A DNA stretch of 13,866 nt from Akkermansiaceae bacterium (GTDB taxonomy: Bacteria; Verrucomicrobiota; Verrucomicrobiia; Verrucomicrobiales; Akkermansiaceae): assembly GCA_051251915.1 (NCBI GenBank), contig JBPOGF010000035.1, positions 1 to 13,866 on the forward strand. Reading direction: 5' to 3'. Shown here piece by piece: positions 8,215 through 13,866 of the stretch. The first letter of the stretch is position 1. The number at the start of each line of letters is the position of its first letter. The notes beneath the pieces were generated by a model that did no database searches, had not been told where the DNA came from, and saw nothing but the letters and a program-made list of their open reading frames with translations. The position numbers and the translations under genes are program-made.

Positions 8215-8901
8215 TTACTTGCGGCGACGCAAGATGAGAGCAAGACCTCCCAGTCCGAGTAGGGCTGTGGATGATGGCTCAGGGACAGCTGTTAGTTCTA
8301 GCTGTGAAATGCCGGCATATTGGTTGTCCGAGACTACAGTAATGACTAGAGAGCCACCTGTAGATGACAATCCCGCGAAACTAACGTAAGCTCCTGAAGA
8401 GAACCCGTTAGTTGGTGCACTTTGACCATCAGCCGACCAGACTGATGTCCAGTTTCCAATATTACCCTGTGTACCAGCTCTTGCAAGTCCACCAATTAGA
8501 TCATAAGTCAATGAATCATCTAGGCCAGCGAAAGTGAGGGTCAATCTGTCAGGATTACCAGAGGCGTCATTATTTTGATTAGCGAGGATTCCGTCGATAT
8601 AGATGGTACCATCAGTCATGTTCCCTAGTGTATCACTCGCTACATTATTTATGTTATCTTGTGAAGAGCCTGCCATTGTAAGGCTCACTCCTGTAGCGGC
8701 TCCATCAGACAGACGAACCAGATCAGCGACATCACCTGTATTCGTATCATGCGTGCTGTGGTTGTAATTTGCGGTGCTGGCGACGGTGGCTCCGAAGTCG
8801 ATGGCGATTGTGTCAGTAAGCGTGATTGCTGCATTAGCTGAGACAGATGAGAGTGCGATTGAAGTAATCAATGCTACTATTTTTTTATTCTGTGTTTTCA
8901 T
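8215..8901 (-). CDS. PEP-CTERM sorting-domain surface protein
   Basis: Signal peptide ending SANA|A, S/T/G/N/D-rich beta-type body, tail AVPEPSSTALLGLGGLALILRRRK. Confidence 0.92.
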   Translation of the reverse strand: MKTQNKKIVALITSIALSSVSANAAITLTDTIAIDFGATVASTANYNHSTHDTNTGDVADLVRLSDGAATGVSLTMAGSSQDNINNVASDTLGNMTDGTIYIDGILANQNNDASGNPDRLTLTFAGLDDSLTYDLIGGLARAGTQGNIGNWTSVWSADGQSAPTNGFSSGAYVSFAGLSSTGGSLVITVVSDNQYAGISQLELTAVPEPSSTALLGLGGLALILRRRK

Positions 8902-8983
8902 ATGGTTAGTTTTTAGTTGAAATTATAGGCTAGTTTCATAGCTTCATTGACATTTAAAATGAAGTAGATCTTTGCCTTGTACA

Positions 8984-9017
8984 AATAAAACCCGCTTTTT
9001 CGGCAAACCTTAACACC
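8984..9017 (-). promoter_or_regulatory. Putative ECF-type promoter GGTGTTAAG-N17-GTTTTATT
   Basis: Motif shared with 10173..10206 at the same spacing; -10 end 83 nt from ATG 8901. Confidence 0.6.
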
Positions 9018-9227
9018 AAGGTGTATTTTCTCTCAAAAAAGTTTTTTCAATGCTGCTGCTTTAATCAAGGAGGGTAAATCAGCCCATTGGTGTTCAGTAC
9101 ATTGGCCTAGATCCAGAACGAGATGCCTAGTATACTCATTTCACCTAAGTGGCCTGAGCTTCTCACTAGGGTTTGTCGCGGATCAATTTCTTAGAGATTG
9201 AGAGAGCTTAATGGCTCAAGAGGTGTC

Positions 9228-9259
9228 AAAAAAGCCCCAGCACAGAGGTGCTAGGGCTT
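9228..9259 (-). terminator. Intrinsic terminator after PEP-CTERM gene ending at 9289
   Basis: Minus strand AAGCCCTAGCAC-CTCT-GTGCTGGGGCTT-TTTT: 12-bp stem with one G:U, then a U tract. Confidence 0.88.
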
Positions 9260-9288
9260 GGGAAATGGTATTTTAAGAAGATAAGTAA

Positions 9289-10089
9289 TTACTTACGACG
9301 GCGCATGATGAGAGCAAGTCCACCAAGGCCTAGAAGGGCTACGGAGGATGGTTCTGGGACTGGTGATGCGAAAATTTCTATATTTCCAACTCGAGTTCCA
9401 CCTTGTATGTTATCGTTCGCAGCACTAGAGTTAGTTTTGTCTGTGAATAGTAGACGAAGTTCTACTGTTTGGCCGCTTGCAATATTATAGCCAGCTTGGG
9501 TAAATGTTTGAATTCCTTGATTACCTGTTCCTGTATTATTAACTAAGTCTCCAAATTGAGTAAAAACTCCGCTATCGAGGCTTACAAAAAGACCAACGTC
9601 ACGTGCAGCATACCCACCGCCACCGCTATTAACGGATAAATTAAATGACAAACTATCCAAGGTCATGTCTTGCACGGAAGTGAAGCTCATCCCTAGGTAA
9701 GGATTACTATTAATATTGGCTACAGTAAGAGCATTGGTTGTTGCATCGTAAGCATTTCCTGAACCTCCAAAGTTAAATGAGATATCATCACCAATACCAG
9801 CCGTCGCTGTGCCTGTTTCCGGGCGATCTGAGACGATCTGCTGATTATTGGAATTTCTTGCAACTGTCCCTGTGCTTGTAAATGTAGTAGAGCTTTCTCC
9901 GGTTACAAAAGCTGAGTTTGGAGATGTAGTAGCGTTATCAATGGCTTCTAGTTGAATAGTATCAGCAGCTGTGGTGACGCCAGTTGTATTGCTGTCATAA
10001 GTTAGAACAAGTACTGCATTTGCAGAAACAGAAGTAAGACCGAGCGTCAATGCAGTAAGGCTGCTTATTGTGTGTAGTGATTTTTTCAT
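9289..10089 (-). CDS. PEP-CTERM sorting-domain surface protein (start revised from TTG 10107 to ATG 10089)
   Basis: MKKSLHTISSLTALTLGLTSVSANA signal peptide; tail PVPEPSSVALLGLGGLALIMRRRK. ATG 10089 gives the same promoter-to-start distance as the neighbouring PEP-CTERM gene. Confidence 0.92.
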   Translation of the reverse strand: MKKSLHTISSLTALTLGLTSVSANAVLVLTYDSNTTGVTTAADTIQLEAIDNATTSPNSAFVTGESSTTFTSTGTVARNSNNQQIVSDRPETGTATAGIGDDISFNFGGSGNAYDATTNALTVANINSNPYLGMSFTSVQDMTLDSLSFNLSVNSGGGGYAARDVGLFVSLDSGVFTQFGDLVNNTGTGNQGIQTFTQAGYNIASGQTVELRLLFTDKTNSSAANDNIQGGTRVGNIEIFASPVPEPSSVALLGLGGLALIMRRRK

Positions 10090-10172
10090 AATTAGTATTT
10101 TGAACAATTTATATGCTTGTATTATTAGAGCTTAACTATGAACAGTGTGCTAAACAGAATAAGCTCTTCAAT

Positions 10173-10206
10173 AATGAAACACCCTATTCCAAGCGGTCTT
10201 AACACC
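10173..10206 (-). promoter_or_regulatory. Putative ECF-type promoter GGTGTTAAG-N17-GTTTCATT
   Basis: Motif shared with 8984..9017; -10 end 84 nt from ATG 10089. Confidence 0.6.
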
Positions 10207-10232
10207 GATGAATGATTTTTCTTAAATAAATT

Positions 10233-12224
10233 CTATTTTGCTAAAACAACCTCAATTGAACTGGGGAGTTGATCGATTTCAGCCTTAGAAAACTGTCCAG
10301 GTGACACAATGACACGTCTGAGTGACCTCATTTCAATCAGTGGACTGAGCGACTTGATAGGGGTTTGTCTCAGGTCAATTTCTATGAGGTTGAGGGATTT
10401 TAATGAATCAAGGTTATAAGTATGTGCTCCTCTTAGATCAAGCTTTCGAGGATCGATGATCTTGATGACTGAAATATGATTTTTATTCTTCGATAGATTG
10501 GTTAGACCTTTACCGCTCAACTTTAAAGAAGAGTCCTCTATGGAATAAAGGAACACTTGTTCTTTCCAGTTTGGGTTCAAGACTTTCATCATTTGATAAA
10601 GAATTTTATGTCTATCCTCACTCGTTCGAGGATATTTTAGATCATAAAGAACCATTTTGTAGGCTAGTGGCTTACGATAACTGTCTTTAATTGTAAATAA
10701 TTCGACCACTAATTCATTTAAATCGTCGGTGCTCAGATATTCTGCATCACCTAGCTTTGCTCTGTATTTTTTAGCTAAGGGAAGTAGATCATAGGACGTG
10801 GATTTGCCTTCGTTATAGAGTTGAACCGCTAGATCAAAGCGTTGGGTTAAAAAGTGCAACCAGAATTTTTGTAACCATATTTCAGAATCATCATCAGGCT
10901 CATTAGCAATTACAGCATCCGATTGTTCATGCAATTTGGCGACCAACAATTCCATATTAAGACTATCAGTAATCTGAAGATGGATAAGATCACTGACTCC
11001 TAATTGAGCGGTCTTTACTTGTTGTTTCAGTCTCGTTTCTGTCTGTGCTTTTTCTTCTCTTAAGGCAATTAAGGAGGCTAGGGCTAGATCTCTAGACTGT
11101 TGGGCTTCATTGCGACTGGAGTTTAAGCCATCTAGGAAAAGATAGGTCGCTATAATGAGCGTAAGGAGTGAGGCCAAGGTGATATTGCAGGCTAGGCGCT
11201 GACGCTGATAAAATAAAGAGAGCTCCCTACGTAAGGAACGCTGCTCTACGGACATTCTGTAGCCTTCAAGGAACTTTGATATATCTCTTTGTATTTCTGA
11301 GACCGAAGCGTAGCGATCACTCGGTCTTTTCGCTTTCGCTTTTTCCACTACGCCATTTAGGGGGGAGTCTGGAGATAAGTGCAGAGTAGTGTTAGACTTT
11401 TCAGGTTCGGCACGGATGAGTTCGTCGACAAGACAACCCAAGGCATAGATATCCATTTGAATGGTCTTCTTGTTTTTGGCATCAAATAACTCAGGAGCCA
11501 TATACAATGGTGTTCCCTTGATCTTGTGCTGTAGAGAGCCGTAGAGATCTGGATCGAGCAGTGTTTCTGAGTGGTTATTTTCTTCTCCTTGAATGACCAC
11601 ACCCATTCCCCAGTCACAGAGTTGCACTTCGCCGAATGAGCCTACCTGAATATTTTCAGGCTTGATGTCGAGATGGAGTATACGTTGGGAGTGGGCATAA
11701 GAGAGGCTTTCACAGACACGAAGGATGATCGCCAAGCGCTGAGATAGAGGCCAATGCTCCAACTCTTTACCTTTTTTGTAATCAGAAATAATCTTGCGAA
11801 GTGAGCGCCCAGTTTTGAACTCCATGGTGAAGAAGGGTCTACCCTCTACATCTACGTCCATGCCAAATAGCTTAATAATACCTGGGTGCTCTAGTCTGGC
11901 GGTGATGTGAGCTTCTCTGAGGAAGGCATCGTAGTAATCTGCACCTAAATTTTCAAGAGGTCTGGCTATTGCAACATAGCGTGAAGTTCTGCGATCCAAG
12001 GCTCGGAAGATCGCTTTCATTCCTCCCTCGGCAATTAAGGTATGCTCAGTGTAGCGTTTACTTAGACCGCGTAATGTGTCGTAGAGTGGTGTTTGCGAAA
12101 AATTTTCATTTTCAAGCTTAGAGCTTTCGGGGTTGCCCTCTTCATAGAGGAATGAAACGAATGGGTCTAGACGCAATGCTGTCTGCTCAGATGTGGAGCT
12201 TTCTTCACTAGCTGAGGAATTCAT
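10233..12224 (-). CDS. Membrane-anchored Hanks-type Ser/Thr kinase with atypical catalytic lysine position and C-terminal leucine-rich repeats
   Basis: IAEGGMK, VAIAR, FLREA, HLDIKPEN, DWG, GTPLYMAPE, DIYALG; TM helix at aa ~345-364; coiled-coil; LRR-like units RKLDLRG and LIEIDLRQTPIKSLSPL. Confidence 0.92.
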   Translation of the reverse strand: MNSSASEESSTSEQTALRLDPFVSFLYEEGNPESSKLENENFSQTPLYDTLRGLSKRYTEHTLIAEGGMKAIFRALDRRTSRYVAIARPLENLGADYYDAFLREAHITARLEHPGIIKLFGMDVDVEGRPFFTMEFKTGRSLRKIISDYKKGKELEHWPLSQRLAIILRVCESLSYAHSQRILHLDIKPENIQVGSFGEVQLCDWGMGVVIQGEENNHSETLLDPDLYGSLQHKIKGTPLYMAPELFDAKNKKTIQMDIYALGCLVDELIRAEPEKSNTTLHLSPDSPLNGVVEKAKAKRPSDRYASVSEIQRDISKFLEGYRMSVEQRSLRRELSLFYQRQRLACNITLASLLTLIIATYLFLDGLNSSRNEAQQSRDLALASLIALREEKAQTETRLKQQVKTAQLGVSDLIHLQITDSLNMELLVAKLHEQSDAVIANEPDDDSEIWLQKFWLHFLTQRFDLAVQLYNEGKSTSYDLLPLAKKYRAKLGDAEYLSTDDLNELVVELFTIKDSYRKPLAYKMVLYDLKYPRTSEDRHKILYQMMKVLNPNWKEQVFLYSIEDSSLKLSGKGLTNLSKNKNHISVIKIIDPRKLDLRGAHTYNLDSLKSLNLIEIDLRQTPIKSLSPLIEMRSLRRVIVSPGQFSKAEIDQLPSSIEVVLAK

Positions 12225-12835
12225 AGCTCAAATCCTTCTAGTTCCGTGCGGACTTGTTTTATTTCTTGCTGCAGTCGCTTTTTTACTCTGTTTCTGAGGA
12301 CGTAGACACTCTCCGTCTGAATGCTTAATTTCTCACTAATTTCATCACTAGAATGTCCTTCTAAAGAGAGGTGTAGAACCTCGAATGCTTTACCTGTGAA
12401 TACTGGCTTGAGTCTTTCCAGAGCTAGCTTTACCACATAGGCCTGCCACTCTTTTTCAATATTACCCTCTACAGCTGGACTATGAACTAGATACTCGCTT
12501 TCAGTGGCATCATGGAGATGGCTCTCGGAGTTTTGTCCTTTGTTGTCACGGATCCAGTTGAGAGCTACATTACGGATCAGTTTTGCTAGCCAGCTTCTAA
12601 ATTTAGCTTTTCCTGGCTGTTTGCGATAAGCTGGAAGGTTCTTCCATAGTTTTACGAAAACTAACTGCCGCACATCATCAATAGCAGGTTGTTGAAAATT
12701 CATCCTACACAACACTGAGGTGATGAAAGGGGCGTAGTATTTGAGTAGCTCATCCCAGACCGGATGATCCGTACTCGATACCGCCTGATGGATCATCGAG
12801 ATACGTGTAGGGAGATTATCGTGAGAAGATTTCAT
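12221..12835 (-). CDS. ECF-subfamily RNA polymerase sigma-70 factor, STK-associated type
   Basis: 204 aa; region 2 WDELLKYYAPFI...DDVRQLVFVKLW...FRSWLAKLIRN; region 4 HTH SDEISEKLSIQTESVYVLRNRVKKRL; ATGA overlap with the kinase start at 12221-12224. Confidence 0.92.
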   Translation of the reverse strand: MKSSHDNLPTRISMIHQAVSSTDHPVWDELLKYYAPFITSVLCRMNFQQPAIDDVRQLVFVKLWKNLPAYRKQPGKAKFRSWLAKLIRNVALNWIRDNKGQNSESHLHDATESEYLVHSPAVEGNIEKEWQAYVVKLALERLKPVFTGKAFEVLHLSLEGHSSDEISEKLSIQTESVYVLRNRVKKRLQQEIKQVRTELEGFEL

Positions 12836-13045
12836 GAGCTAGATTCTGCTAAATTAGCAGGTGAAATATACAATGGAAAGGTGAAAACTCGGCATCTACT
12901 TAGTCATTTTGTTACGCAACTCTGCGAGCAGAACATCAGTTAATCTATTTGATTTTTAACGTCCCTATTCGAAAATTATAAGAAATTTATTTTTTACGTG
13001 GTTTTTCTGTGGGCCTTGCTGGAAAAATCTTATCTGAAGGAAGAC

Positions 13046-13079
13046 AAAAAGAGCGCCACGCAGGGATGCGTGACGCTCT
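13046..13079 (-). terminator. Intrinsic terminator after LamG PEP-CTERM gene
   Basis: Minus strand AGAGCGTCACGCA-TCCC-TGCGTGGCGCTCT-TTTT: 13-bp stem with one G:U, then a U tract. Confidence 0.88.
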
Positions 13080-13114
13080 GGGAAATGCACTTAAAATTAT
13101 CTTATATCTGGGTA

Positions 13115-13792
13115 TTATTTGCGGCGACGTATGATCAGCGCAAGTCCACCGAGTCCGAGCAGAGCTGCGGAAGATGGCTCTGGGACCGCCAACGCAGCCA
13201 CTTCTGAGGCAGAAAGCGCGGTGTTGTAGTACTGAATACTATCGATGAGAGTATTTTCACCACGGCTACCATCCGCACGTGCACCAAAACCCAAGTCGTA
13301 AGCAGCTCCACTAGCGAAGGTTCCGGAGGACGTATTCTCGTCTATTAGAACGCCGTCGAAATAAACCGCTAGTGTTGTCGTTGACTGATCATACGTCATA
13401 GTAACCAGGTGCCAGTTCCCATCGACCAGATCACTAACAATGTTAGGGGAGCCATAGCCTTTGACCTGAGTAAAAGAAGTATTATAAAGGCTACCATACA
13501 AGCCGTGATTACCACCGATGAGTCGGACTCGCGTCTCCCAGCCGGCGTTATTGCTCTCGCTTCCTTTTTCTGCCAGTGCATCCCAGTTTTGCCAAACTCC
13601 GTCTGTGGAGGCTACCCAGATGGAAACGGTAAAGGCCGTGCCATCAAAGGTGTTAAGATAGCCAGCATCGCCTGAATTAGAATTGTTGATCTGGAGAACG
13701 TCACCGACAGTAGAGTCATCATTAGAAGCTGAGGTTATTGTTAGTGAGCGTCCGCTGCCACTACGCGTATTAGTTGAATAGGTGGCTGTCCC
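13115..13792 (-). pseudogene. LamG/ConA-like domain PEP-CTERM protein, 5' end missing (probably IS-interrupted)
   Basis: LamG motifs FTVSIWV, WHLVTMTYD, VYFDG, IDSIQYYNTALSASEV; tail AVPEPSSAALLGLGGLALIIRRRK. No signal peptide; domain-like sequence stops at GTATYS, where an IS4-like IR begins. Confidence 0.75.
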
Positions 13793-13866
13793 GAATGGCA
13801 CGGACTTAAGGGGACTCATCGATGAATTTCTGTTAGAAAATACTATCAGAAAAAGCCTGTCTATGG
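13793..13866. mobile_element. Probable terminus of an IS4-family element (runs off the window)
   Basis: GAATGGCACGGACTTAAG (13793-13810) matches the E. coli IS4 terminal IR as I recall it (TAATGCCGATCAGTTAAG) at 11/18 positions, including AATG and TTAAG. No transposase is visible in the window. Confidence 0.55.

Noticed and set aside
8028..8237. Short plus-strand ORFs 8028..8237, 9248..9490 and 12998..13207
   Set aside because: They run across minus-strand terminators and PEP-CTERM tails, have alternative starts, and show no protein-like signal
9040..9227. Unexplained intergenic DNA with several CTAG sites; considered as sRNA or MITE
   Set aside because: No terminal inverted repeats, convincing structure or ORF found by eye
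12930..12965. Possible autoregulatory copy of the ECF promoter (GACGTTAAA on the minus strand)
   Set aside because: Poor -35 match and no matching -10 box at the 17-nt spacing
13649..13657. Third GGTGTTAAG copy
   Set aside because: On the + strand inside a coding region, with no GTTTyATT box 17 nt downstream; treated as chance

Overview
The window looks like a Verrucomicrobiota (Rubritalea/Akkermansiaceae-like) genome segment, judged from three PEP-CTERM tails of the form VPEPSSxALLGLGGLALIxRRRK and SD-less A/T-rich leaders. The + strand carries an ABC ATPase, an ABC permease fused to a CPBP intramembrane protease, and a Tat-exported purple-acid-phosphatase-like enzyme. The - strand carries, in transcription order: a LamG PEP-CTERM gene apparently cut by an IS4-like end at the window edge, an ECF sigma factor translationally coupled to a membrane Ser/Thr kinase with C-terminal LRRs, two more PEP-CTERM genes, an S1 sulfatase, a beta-propeller GH-like gene split by one in-frame TAA, and a scar holding the C-terminus of a second sulfatase. 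The most notable signal is in the kinase: it lacks the beta3 (VAIK) lysine but has a lysine in the Gly-loop at exactly the WNK-kinase position. The two PEP-CTERM genes downstream share an ECF-like promoter (GGTGTTAAG-N17-GTTTyATT) at 83/84 nt from their ATGs. Together these suggest a WNK-type receptor kinase / ECF / PEP-CTERM regulon. All family assignments come from motif reading; no searches were run.
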